DNA of 62,000 nt. Source: Acanthaster planci (taxonomy: Eukaryota). Position numbers and translations under genes: made by a program. The notes under the pieces were generated by a model. That model saw nothing but the letters and a program-made list of their open reading frames with translations. It was not told the DNA's origin and ran no database searches. Shown here one piece after another: positions 37,846 to 49,484 of this stretch (positions are counted from its first letter, which is position 1; every line of letters starts with the position of its first letter). Location: contig NW_019091403.1 of the NCBI RefSeq assembly GCF_001949145.1, forward strand, positions 1,178,001 through 1,240,000, in the 5' to 3' direction.

Positions 37846-40800
37846 ATGGCAGCCGACAGCAACGAAGTGCGTCGTGTGAACGTAAGTCAGTCCTTGCCCT
37901 ATGGTTAGAAAATAGCAGTTTCTGGTTGTACATCAAAAAGCACATCGGTTTCGCAGTTAGTAGCATTCAGTTTGACTTTTGAGGATTCAAAGCTTTGCTT
38001 TCTAGCTTACCTCACCCCTTCCTTGGTCCCACAGTACAGGCTGAGCAAGCATGGAAAGTTAACATGGTCAAGCAGCATGTCAACATGGTCAAGTGTGCAT
38101 GTGACCGTCATGGACCATGGTAACTCACCACAGTTCGGCGCGGTCATTAAAACGTCGTGGTGGTGTGATTTTTAGAAGCATCTTTTCAACTAAAATGAGA
38201 AAAAATGTTGCATCCAACTCCACTTTTCTTATCATCACGATCACGAAAATACTTAGGGGCAAATTGGTGTAACGGCATAGAAATTTCATGCAAACCGGAG
38301 TAGTGCCATGTCTGATATGATTTTTTTACTTTGCCATCTATGGTTTGCATAAACCTTACAGTTCTGGAAGTAGGCTAGTGTATGAAATTAAAACTAATTT
38401 GAAAGAAATCAGCCATTCAGTCATCATGGTCTTTGTCAGACAATGACCAGATGACAAAAATGCATGAAGGCCCCGTGCATGACAGGCCCTCTGTATTCAG
38501 CTTTTTTTCCTCACATCTGGAGTAATGGCTTAGATGTTTACAAGTAATTCTTATTTACTTTCTATATGTTTATATTTTTGCGTTCCATTGGTGTAATTGC
38601 AGCAAAAGAAGACTGAATCAAATGTGAAGTTTCTGTCTGAAACCACACCAGTTGATAGAAATGGAAGGAGGGTAAGCTCAGGGTCATCTTACAACATAAC
38701 AAGGACAAAGTTCCTATACAACCCTGGGGTTCCTGTATCAACTGAGGAACAACGGGTCCAATTTGAGGCAAGAAATAGTTAGCTTAGTAATGTCATATTA
38801 CAGCACTATAGAGAAAAACCTTGGAGAAAGACTGAAGACTGGTTGAACCTATTTTTAAAAGGTTCTATTCATGATGTACTCTGATTTATTTAAAAAGCTG
38901 AATTGGATCTTATTTCCTGGAACCGCGGAAGCATTCTTGACATGAGGAATTTTTTTGTACAGCTGGAAAAACAGGAAAAGACCAAGAGGAAGAAATCCAG
39001 AAAACGACGAGAGATGTCAGCGAGTTTGGATCCATATGAAACAGAAGACAAGGAAACTAGGCGACTGCGAGAACTTCGAGAGGTAATTGTTGTATAGTCA
39101 GTGCATGGCTTAATCGTCCTCTACCATTCATCTTTCATACCTGCTAGTCTTGATTTCAGCTGTCATATGTGTTAGTCTTGATTTCAAGTAGCTGTGTTCA
39201 AGTTCACTTGCTCAACAATACGTTGTTAGGTTTTTTACAATACATACTGTACACTGCCAGCTCCATTGTGTGCTTAAATATGATACATCCTGATATTTTA
39301 CTTTATTTTCTCGTCTAGGGATCAGTGTCTGTGTAGATAAAGGATTCTTGACACTGTTGCCCTCCTCTGCTCTGAATACCCTGGCCACATCCCACCCCTT
39401 CCCCACCCCTTCCCTAACCCGTTCCCCCACCTTTAGCCTGATCTTCCCCCATCTCTTCCCCACCTCCACCCACCGCATCCCACCTGTGAGCTCTGATCCT
39501 GATTTTCCTTATCTTGAAAATCCTAAATTTGTTAATTTGCATGCTGGAAGTGAGATGTAAGCCTATGATGTTAAGAACACCAATCATTGCCATAAATTAC
39601 TGAATCTAAAATTACTAAATTACTGAATCAGTTATACTAAATGTGATATAGCTTTAAAAAGTTTTGCTTTTGTGTCATTTTTGCATGCGTTGATTAACAC
39701 TCTCTGCATATCATGGGGTATTTTCCTAAGCCTAATCATTGTCCATTTTGTCTGAATAATCTTTGCATGCTTCTTAATTTGGATGCTGGGTACTATAAAA
39801 AACCGACAGTGCATACTTGCTGGAGAGACTAACAAGGATGTATATCAGCGCTTGAAAACCTTGATGTTGGTAAGATGGATGATTGTAAAACAGGTGTTGG
39901 ATACATGCATGTGTAACTGAGGTTGTGTTTAAGTTTGTATTTGTTCATTTGTTGCAACTTAACTTATTCCTTGTCCTTTTTTAAATGTACTCTTATATTT
40001 GGCTAAGTTGTAGAGTACTGTCATAGTGTCAAGTAACTCCACTGCACAGTCAAACAATTCTAGCACTTCACCGCACAGTCAAACAATTCTAGCACTCCAC
40101 TGCACAGTCAAACAATTCTAGCACTCCACTGCACAGTCAAACAATTCTAGCACTCCACTGCACAGTCAAACAATTCTAGCACTCCACTGCACAGTCAAAC
40201 AATTCTAGCACTTCACTGCACAGTCAAACAATTCTAGCACTCTACTGCACAGTGTGCCACCAATTTGCCATACGTTTTCGTAGGGATGCTACTTTTTTGG
40301 AGTTCTAGCTTTTTTTAGGCAGCAAGTTGTCTTCTTGGAGTGGAAAGAGTCAATTACTCTCAAGGAAATTGCTCATCACTAGCATTTTGTAAGAGTTGTA
40401 AGTTGGTCTTTTTTACATGTGAGCAAAGCTCATGAGTGTGATGTTAAGGTAAAGCTTTCCAAGTTTTCATCTGCATTATTCCCAGTACATTGTATTTGTC
40501 AGGATATCAAACTGAACTACATCAGATTGTAAGCTGAATGTATTCAAATCAAATATTCTTAGGCACACTTCGTGGGGTGTGGTCATGTACATGTATAAAT
40601 GTCAAGATTTCATCAATAATAGCACTGTTAACACAACATTCTGTTTAAAAAGGACATTGACTGGTCCCAGTCATTTGTTTGTCTTTGTTTTCATTCCTGA
40701 TAATACATGTACGAGGTTCCTGTTATAAATGTCTGAGAGAGGTTTGAGTGGACTTACCATCACATTGGTGGAGGGTCACGTATTCATCTGCTCATCTTGT

Positions 40801-43800
40801 TTCGTTCCTGCATTCTTGTTGTGAACATTCATCAACTGTTAACTATGAGAGTTTTTGTTACAGTTTTTGTTAGTATTTTGATTTTCAGGTCTTGGTAAAT
40901 AGTTTTGCTGCTGTTGCTTGATTCCAAGGAGATACATTTTCCATTGGAGATACATTTTCCATTGGAGATACATTTTCCATTGGAGATACATTTTCAGTCG
41001 AGGGAAATTACGTGTACTTTGTCACTTGAACTTTCATAATTTCTATATGATCGCATGTTCACATTGAAGAGGTTTTAGTACATGTATGGGTTAGCAGTTT
41101 GATTCTTTTTGAGGAAGTGCATTTTGATGAAGGGATTTTTTCAAGATGGCAGCGTGACCGAGTCATTACTGCAAAGGTCATGACCCCTGGAATCGCCATG
41201 TAATTCCAGGCTCGATACATCTACATATCTTTGATGTTTCATAGATTTTTTTCTAAGGCTTTCCAAGGCTTCTAATCTCACATTTAATTTCTTTCTCTGC
41301 ACATTTCATAAGTTAGCTAACAGTTTGACCGAATAAAATCCTTATGATGTGGAATGTATACTTACATTGGTATTTTTCATTTTGTTATTCAGCACCATAT
41401 GGGTGTTTTGGATGATCTGACAAAGCTTCGGAACCACTACTACTCAGTCTACATGAGCAAGTTGAATGACCGAGTAGAAGACCAAAGGAGAGAGATTCAG
41501 AGACGGACAGACCAGCTGAACCGAAAGATTCTCATGAAAGAACTGAAAGAAGTAAGGCTAAGGACTTGGCTTTCATTGTGAAAAAACTTAATATTGGGCC
41601 AACTTTTAACTCCCCCCTTGATAAAATGGACATGACAAAATTGATGTCTTCAATAGTTCATTAGACAGGTTTTAACTACTTGACGCTGAATGATTTGGAA
41701 ACACACCAAATTTTCCTTAGTTGTTCCACGGAGGGCGTGTGCACTTCCGTGGTTAATGTATTAAGGGGTCATGCTTGGTTGGGTCAAAGCACAATTGCAA
41801 GGTTGAAAAATTTACGGGTAAAAAAACCTGTCTCCAGCAGCTTTTTGGGGTAAGAAAGTCAGGTGTCATCTCACGGTAGTACAGTTTCAACGATCAGGCT
41901 GTAAACACTGAAGTAGTCTTGGGATTGCAAAGTGAAGAAATCGGGAATGAATGCCAGCTATGTTCTTCAGACATATTTTTATTGCACCATGCTAAGGAAC
42001 AGTGGATTTGGTTTCTTGCACAAGCATATTTTCCTGTTGGTTTGGGACTCGAGGTACCAGTTACAAGAGTCCAAAATGTTTGGAATTACCCAGGACAGTC
42101 GGCAAGACTTAGAGCATGTACGGGTGGGTTTTATTTCTCCTTGTAAGTTAGGACTTACACTGACCAGGTTTTGGTATAAAAGACCCCTGTTCTCATCATG
42201 TTGTGTCCTTCAGTTTGGACTTGAGGTGTTAATCCCATTGGATGAAGGAAAATGGATCTTTGCATTTGGTTTCTTACAGAAGAGGGAGTCGCACAAAGTG
42301 AAGAAACGATTTGAGAAGTCTTCCTTGAATCATGACAACACCTTCCTGGAAAACCTGCCTCGGACAAAACTCCACCAGGTAAAGACAAAGTCCCCGCATC
42401 ATAGATTTTTGTTCATCCAGTCCTCCCCATTTCGGCAGAAAATTTCCCCTTTTTCACTTTGTTTCCGCTTCTAAAATTTCTGCCAAACTGCAATTTTGAC
42501 ACGCCTATGTATTACTGGAAACTGACGATGTAATCTTGTGCATGTACTGTAATACGACTTGTCCAACCTACCCAAACTGTCAGTGCAGTGCACGTTGCGT
42601 GAGCCATGTCCATGGCAGTGCTCTCTTTTAACGCGTACCAGCTGTGAGATGGACATGATACATGGACGTGAAACTGAAATCGTTCTTGGACGAAAATGCC
42701 CTCTATGGACAAGCCATGTTGTGATTAACATTGTATGCATCATGCGGCAGCTGGTTTCGCTAGGAACCGCAGCAAAGAATGTTTGGATCCAAGACTAAGC
42801 ACTGCTGTGAAACCGACCACAATTATGTCAAGTGTGCAAGCACCATGCGGTGAATCTTTCACTAAATTTTGCGCTGAATTCGCGCTGAACTTCTCGATGA
42901 ATCAACGCATTCAGGAGAGGGAAAATTAGTGCGGACTGGCCATTTCAGATGACATAAACTCTTCTGGAATTGTATGGAATTGGTGAGTATGTGTGGGACT
43001 GTACATCATCACGGATATGGAGTGGACTCCTGTACAATGTAGCATTTATTTTTACGTGTTCATGGTAATATGGAGAATATTCTGATTTTTCATGAAAAAT
43101 TCGTAATTTTGGGGAGAAGGGTTCCAAATTCTTGATAGCCAATTTTCGGAGGTCTGTACATCTCAAGAGAGAGATTTCTGTCGTAGAAATTGCATTATTA
43201 TGCCAAAGAGTAGCATATTGAGTCACAATCAAACATATTTTAAAGTTTTTGCCCTTTTTAAAGTATGAAAATGAGTGGGTGTAATTCTGGGAGACATTTG
43301 ATGATATTTTAACACTGGAATCAGGGGGGAAATTCAGTGAACGCTCCAAATTCAACATTTTTAATCGTATTACATTGTTTTGGAACAGAAGGTGATTTTT
43401 TTGACTGAGATAAATAATTCACTGAAGAGTGTTGTCCCTTTTGCAGTCAAAATTTTAAGAATGGATTTACAAGTAGGTACAGTGTTGAGTGCAAATCAGA
43501 GGATTCTAATAAATTGATTGGTTCTTGTGACTGAAGGTCATTTGCCTGGAGGAGAAACTGATGAAGGAAGGAAAGTTGAGGACCATTGAAGACTTGGAGA
43601 AATTCTGGAGTGACATTGAGAAGCCCGAAAACTTTGCATTGATGTTTGGAGGTGGGGAGGCACCGGCGACTGTTGGATATGGGACTCATGTTGGCTCTCA
43701 GGAAGACATCCACACAGGTATGACTACAAGATGATGATGATGTTTGCCATGGTCACCGATGCCATGACGATGGTTTTTAAAGATGATAATGCTTACAATA

Positions 43801-45560
43801 CTAAGGAAAATTACAATGATGACTGGAATAAATATTTAGATTGATCTTTTTTGCTCAACCTTTTCTTACAATTGGCACACACAACATATCACTAGGAGAT
43901 GTGCACGTCTTTTAAAAAATATTTATGGCAGATGATACCAACTGTGAGCTTATGAATGAAATATCACTAAGATGTATCTTTCTTGTTGTCCTGACATCCA
44001 TTTTCATGTAAGCTGTAATCTGTTTTACCTTTAGTGACAGAGCCATCATTATGTAACAGTCAAACGTCATCGTTGACCTCTCTCAACCAGGAGGACAGAC
44101 CCATGGATGCATTCACTAGAGGCTTGTCTCAGATTTATGAAGATAGTGAGCCCTCACGCCCTGGCACTAAAACCGGTGGGAGCCAGAGCTGGGCAGTGAC
44201 CCAGCAATTAAAAAAGGTCACTTTATTTGTGTTTTCCTGTTAGTAACAATCGTTAGCATCAAATGCTATGTCAGAGGTGGAGTGAAAAGGTCATCCTGGT
44301 CAGAGACTATCCCAAGATAGACTTCATGGTTTTAGTTCTATCTAGATGCTATTAAGATGAACCATTCTTCCCAGCATTTCTCTGACTGCTTTGAGGTGTC
44401 TATCTGACAGGTGGAAAAGATTGTCTAGATGACAAAGAAACTCAGGTTGTATAGACTAATGCAATTAGACGCCATAACTACAGTGGCACCGCACTCATAC
44501 GCACATTCTACAGGTTGATGCATCTGTGCATTTGGCAAATCACAACACCCTATTGGTCAAAGAGGCATGTAACAGGTGCATACCACCTGTCCACGAGTGT
44601 TGTGCCATCGCAGTAATGGCCTCTAGTTCTGGTCACGGAATTACTCTATTACCCCAGCTGACACAACATAGTAGCTTATGTGTTGATAACCGGCAAAACT
44701 TTTGAGTCGCTTTTTCCTAACATTATTAGATAACAGTTTTATTATTTTTTCCAGGCTGATAAGGCAGGCAAGAATGGTCCTAGAATGACACCCAGCTTGA
44801 AAGAACAAGAACCTGACCCTACAGTACAACTCGGAAAGGTAAAATACCAGATATGTACTCATCAGCTACAAACCTAATTGCCCAATGATTCATTCTCGTT
44901 ATCTTGCCCTTCCCTTGTGCATGCATAGCCACGCCCATCAGACAACCCCTGTGAAAATTGTGGCCTTTACGTTCTTTCAGTCATCACATTACCAGTGTTT
45001 CATTACCATTTCATCTTTCAACTCATGCAAATATTCTTACCATTGCCCTTATAAACATGCAAATTAACAATTGGGGTGGTAATTGAATTTCATGTTGCCC
45101 CACCCCCCCAAAAAACCTTGGGCCACGATTTTGCCATTATTTGCAAAGCAAGTTCAGTGACTTCCAAGAAGTTTTCTAAGATTATACTGCAAATGGAATT
45201 GTCCAGAAATAGCACATCAAATCCAAGAATGTGTCTAAAAGTTATGGCTAGGGCTAAGAATAACACTTAAGCCAATGGAAGCCAGTGGGTATTGGCTGTA
45301 GTCATTTCTGTCGATATGTCAGTGTTTCAGCCAGACTTCAGCCACGAAATTTGGATGTAGTTTCCATAACATTGAAACAGCACCTAAGTTCCAAACCCGT
45401 TTCATTCTAGGTGGAGTTCCCCCAGCTGTCCTGCTTCACCCTTGACCTTGAGCCTCCCACAGAGGACCCTGAGGCAGTCAGAATGAGAGAGGAGTATCGT
45501 CACAAAGCCAGGATGCGAGACTTTGAGAAGAAGAGAATACAGAAGATGTATGAGACATCA
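37846..45560 (+). CDS. Uncharacterised charged, coiled-coil-like protein, 5' part (9 exons, runs into assembly gap)
   Basis: In-phase spliceable exons: 37846-37881 (MAADSNEVRRVN), 38603-38671 or -38767, 38963-39082, 41393-41551 (LDDLTKLRNHYYSVYMSKLNDRVEDQRREIQRR), 42280-42378 (HDNTFLENLPRTKLHQ), 43537-43717 (VICLEEKLMKEGKLRTIEDLEKFW), 44035-44216, 44755-44838, 45411-45560+ (VEFPQLSCFTLDL...KRIQKMYETS). No family recognised. Confidence 0.8.
39380..39485 (-). other. C-rich low-complexity tract with G-quadruplex potential on the minus strand
   Basis: cccaccccttccccaccccttccctaacccgttcccccac gives more than four G3+ runs on the minus strand; intronic. Confidence 0.45.
40036..40254. repeat. Minisatellite, 29-bp unit, ~7.5 copies
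   Basis: actccactgcacagtcaaacaattctagc at 40036, 40065, 40094, 40123, 40152, 40181, 40210 and 40239 (partial); contiguous units with no spacers. Confidence 0.95.
40928..40995. repeat. Minisatellite, 18-bp unit (ggagatacattttccatt), ~3.8 copies
   Basis: Directly visible. Confidence 0.9.
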
Positions 45561-46295
45561 NNNNNNNNNNNNNNNNNNNNNNNNNNNNNNNNNNNNNNNN
45601 NNNNNNNNNNNNNNNNNNNNNNNNNNNNNNNNNNNNNNNNNNNNNNNNNNNNNNNNNNNNNNNNNNNNNNNNNNNNNNNNNNNNNNNNNNNNNNNNNNNN
45701 NNNNNNNNNNNNNNNNNNNNNNNNNNNNNNNNNNNNNNNNNNNNNNNNNNNNNNNNNNNNNNNNNNNNNNNNNNNNNNNNNNNNNNNNNNNNNNNNNNNN
45801 NNNNNNNNNNNNNNNNNNNNNNNNNNNNNNNNNNNNNNNNNNNNNNNNNNNNNNNNNNNNNNNNNNNNNNNNNNNNNNNNNNNNNNNNNNNNNNNNNNNN
45901 NNNNNNNNNNNNNNNNNNNNNNNNNNNNNNNNNNNNNNNNNNNNNNNNNNNNNNNNNNNNNNNNNNNNNNNNNNNNNNNNNNNNNNNNNNNNNNNNNNNN
46001 NNNNNNNNNNNNNNNNNNNNNNNNNNNNNNNNNNNNNNNNNNNNNNNNNNNNNNNNNNNNNNNNNNNNNNNNNNNNNNNNNNNNNNNNNNNNNNNNNNNN
46101 NNNNNNNNNNNNNNNNNNNNNNNNNNNNNNNNNNNNNNNNNNNNNNNNNNNNNNNNNNNNNNNNNNNNNNNNNNNNNNNNNNNNNNNNNNNNNNNNNNNN
46201 NNNNNNNNNNNNNNNNNNNNNNNNNNNNNNNNNNNNNNNNNNNNNNNNNNNNNNNNNNNNNNNNNNNNNNNNNNNNNNNNNNNNNNNNNNNNNNN
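45561..46295. other. Assembly gap (N run) truncating a coding exon
   Basis: Run of N beginning inside the 45411 exon. Confidence 1.
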
Positions 46296-46462
46296 GTGGT
46301 GCCCACCTCAAATCCAAGATGTGCATGTCAGTTTGGCGCCACGGCAATTATGGTATCCGCTTGGATAACTTTTATTTGCTGGTCATTGATGGCAGATTGA
46401 TAACAAGTGAGGGTAGAGTCATGCTGTGTGCCATGGTTCATTTGAATACCCTGATAAGGGGT

Positions 46463-47040
46463 AACAATTTCTCCAAGTTTCTCATTTCTGGTTTTTCCCT
46501 CTCATTGTTCCTTTTTGGAACCAAACTTTTTATAGCGGTGTATGGCTCTCTCCAACAAACAAAAGAAAGTAAACCGCCTGTCGACCACACCAGGGTGTTT
46601 CAGACACGAATTCCATCAATTTATTGATGCTAGAAATATGGAAGAAACCAAGTTTCGGTTGATGAGAGCATGGATAGGATAGTACCCAAGTATGGATAGG
46701 AGAAACATGCTGGTGTATTTGTGTGGGATGTTTTTCTCTGCACAACTTGTGATGACATGTCATATTATGTCAACCAAGCTCAAGCATTTCAAACTCCTAA
46801 AACTCAGTCTACATACAAAAACCTTAATCCTTGGTTTCAGACGTGGGATTGGCAATAAGAGGTAAGGGGGGAGTCAGGTTGAGTGCTTGTGTCCTTGGCT
46901 CTTTTGAATACTCTCACAAAGAAGAACAATTTTCTGCAAGTTTCTCATTTCTGGTTTTTCCCTTTCTTTGTTCCTATTTGGAACCAAACTTTTTATAGGG
47001 TTGCATGGCTCTTTCCACTATACAAAAGAAAAACCAGACT
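46463..47040. repeat. Diverged direct repeat of ~110 bp between the two gaps
   Basis: aacaattt..caagtttctcatttctggtttttccct...ggaaccaaactttttatag...tggctct...acaaaagaaa occurs at ~46463 and ~46925. Confidence 0.8.
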
Positions 47041-47128
47041 TTTTTCGCAAAGAAATGTCAGAGGTTTAGTTGTTGACGATTTTGTTGGACACAAAAATAG
47101 TGGTACATGTATTTGACGAGGGACTGGG

Positions 47129-47507
47129 NNNNNNNNNNNNNNNNNNNNNNNNNNNNNNNNNNNNNNNNNNNNNNNNNNNNNNNNNNNNNNNNNNNNNNNN
47201 NNNNNNNNNNNNNNNNNNNNNNNNNNNNNNNNNNNNNNNNNNNNNNNNNNNNNNNNNNNNNNNNNNNNNNNNNNNNNNNNNNNNNNNNNNNNNNNNNNNN
47301 NNNNNNNNNNNNNNNNNNNNNNNNNNNNNNNNNNNNNNNNNNNNNNNNNNNNNNNNNNNNNNNNNNNNNNNNNNNNNNNNNNNNNNNNNNNNNNNNNNNN
47401 NNNNNNNNNNNNNNNNNNNNNNNNNNNNNNNNNNNNNNNNNNNNNNNNNNNNNNNNNNNNNNNNNNNNNNNNNNNNNNNNNNNNNNNNNNNNNNNNNNNN
47501 NNNNNNN
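47129..47507. other. Assembly gap (N run)
   Basis: Run of N. Confidence 1.
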
Positions 47508-47525
47508 TTGGAAATCCACAAGTAT

Positions 47526-47683
47526 TAAAATGGTGCTTGAAATTGGCAAACTTCCAACTTTGTAAATTGCTTTTGCACATCATCAAACATACTGTTAGTT
47601 GTACTAAAATGGTGCTTGAAATTGGCAAACTTCCAACTTTGTAAATTGCTTTTGCACATCATCAGACATACTGTGAGTTGTAC
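47526..47683. repeat. Tandem duplication, 2 x 79 bp
   Basis: taaaatggtgcttgaaattggcaaacttcc...catactgt.agttgtac starts at 47526 and 47605. Confidence 0.9.
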
Positions 47684-47780
47684 AGGCTGCAGAATTTGGA
47701 CCAGTTTTTAATGCTGTAAAGAATGGATGGCTGAAATGTTTGAACATGTGACGAGATATGACAAGTGCAAGTTTAGAATC

Positions 47781-48100
47781 AATAATAATAATATGAAATC
47801 TTTATACAGTGCTGTCCAGTACCTGATGGACTCTTAGTGCACTTTACACCCTACCGGGTATTATCTCTGCTCACTGGACCCCAAAACAATCTTTCCTGGA
47901 GAGTGTACAAAATGTACGGCTATTAGTGTAACTGTTTTTGAATCAACCGTAAAAGACCCTCTGTTCTGTCGCATGTAGCCATTTACTGGTAAAGTAACTT
48001 GCCTAGAGTCACAAGGTACACGTACATGTATGCTCCACTGCAGGATTTGAACCTCAGACCCTACAATTGGGAGACTTTATAAACCCAAGCCACCAGGCCA
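47781..48100 (-). mobile_element. Degenerate tRNA-derived SINE
   Basis: On the minus strand: head tggcctggtgg...gaggttcaaatcctg (A/B boxes). A CORE-like segment reads ggtaaagtaacttgcctagagtcacaag on +, and there is an (AAT)n tail at ~47781-47792. Confidence 0.5.
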
Positions 48101-48446
48101 TACAGGTATGCCCTTCACAAACATTTACACTGTACATTTACATGTATCTATATATACATCCCACATCCCATGTATCCCACTCATGGGTAATATAAACCTG
48201 TTTTCAACCATAAACTATTCTAACATACATGTAGGCTACACGACATACACGACACCGCGAGTCATCGATTATCTTTTTACTGTATACATGTAGGCTGTGC
48301 TTCTAAATCTTCTATGACTATCACACACTGCTTGTTCATGTAAGTACACATGTATGAACATAGCTACCTGTAGGCTTTTTCTTCTTGTATAGAGAATGAT
48401 GCAGACACTATTGTTATAGTCAACTTAATCCATCAAACAATAAATA

Positions 48447-49484
48447 TTACACGCTTGGCGAGGACACATGAGTAGCCTTTCCTTCCTGGGTACCAGATAG
48501 GTTGGTGTTGTACACTCGTATCAGTCGTCCAAGACATGGCATAGCCCGTTGAAGTCCCTCCTGAAATCGACGATATTTGAAGGTGTAGATGAAGGGATTA
48601 GCGCACATGTTGAAGAAGGCCAGGCAGATAGTGATGTTGTAGACAGTTTCGTTGATGTGCTGGTTGCCACTGATATTGAAGTAGAAGTAGAAGACTTCGT
48701 TAGGAGCCCAGCAAAGACCGAAGAGCAGGTAGACAAGAAGCAAGGTTTTGATGATGTTACGTAGTGCTTTCTCATTGGTATCGTTAGGGTTGTGTGGTTG
48801 GTTCCCTGTAGCATCTGTTGAGTGGCTGGCCTCGCCGGTGATGTTACCGATTGACTGTGTTTTCAGGACCACATAGATCCTGATGTAAGCAAACGTCATG
48901 ATGGCAAGAGGGACAAGGTAGGTAACCAGGAGGATGACGATCGCGTAAACGATTTGTGCAACTCGACTGGCAAATTGATTGACGACACATTTACCGTCTT
49001 TCACAACGTGCATAGCAGGAAAGTAAGCCTGGTATAAATAGCCAACAACCACAGGTAATATGGCCAACATGAGTGACTTGGGCCATTTAAAAAGAGTACA
49101 GCTCCGATACTTGAAAGGGTAGACGATGGCAAAATAACGCTCCAGGGTCAAACAGACAAGGTTGAATGTGGATGAGATGATGGTGGCCCAGAAGAGGTAC
49201 TTAGAGTTCCAGATGGAGCATAGGAATCTAGCAGCAATGGGGGAGGAAGGCAATGATGGCTCAGGGGTCAGGAAACAGAGAACTAAGAGGATGGAGGTTG
49301 CAAGGTCCACTATGGATTGATTAACGATTAGAATGTTAGCATTACCCTTACGTGATCTGACCATGTGCGTTAGCACATATATAACGAGGCTATTTCCCAC
49401 AATGCCAAGTCCAGCGATGATGCCGTAGGCAATCTTTACCCCCAAGGAAAGGTTTGTCAATAGATCCTCTGTACTGCCATCCAT
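48447..49484 (-). CDS. Single-exon rhodopsin-like (class A) GPCR, peptide-receptor-like orphan, 345 aa
   Basis: Seven hydrophobic segments with GIVGNSLVI (TM1), NQSIVDL (TM2), LTLERYFAIVYP (TM3), YLVPL (TM5), FGLCWAP (TM6), NMCANPFIY (TM7), and Cys at the top of TM3 and in ECL2. Ligand class cannot be assigned by eye. Confidence 0.93.
   Translation of the reverse strand: MDGSTEDLLTNLSLGVKIAYGIIAGLGIVGNSLVIYVLTHMVRSRKGNANILIVNQSIVDLATSILLVLCFLTPEPSLPSSPIAARFLCSIWNSKYLFWATIISSTFNLVCLTLERYFAIVYPFKYRSCTLFKWPKSLMLAILPVVVGYLYQAYFPAMHVVKDGKCVVNQFASRVAQIVYAIVILLVTYLVPLAIMTFAYIRIYVVLKTQSIGNITGEASHSTDATGNQPHNPNDTNEKALRNIIKTLLLVYLLFGLCWAPNEVFYFYFNISGNQHINETVYNITICLAFFNMCANPFIYTFKYRRFQEGLQRAMPCLGRLIRVYNTNLSGTQEGKATHVSSPSV

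Noticed and set aside
40036..40254. 29-bp repeat array resembling a CRISPR repeat in length
   Set aside because: Units are contiguous with no unique spacers, there are no cas genes and the context is a eukaryotic intron; it is a minisatellite.
45411..47628. Long ORFs reported across 45411-46400 and 46993-47628
   Set aside because: Artefacts of translating N runs; only 45411-45560 is supported as coding.
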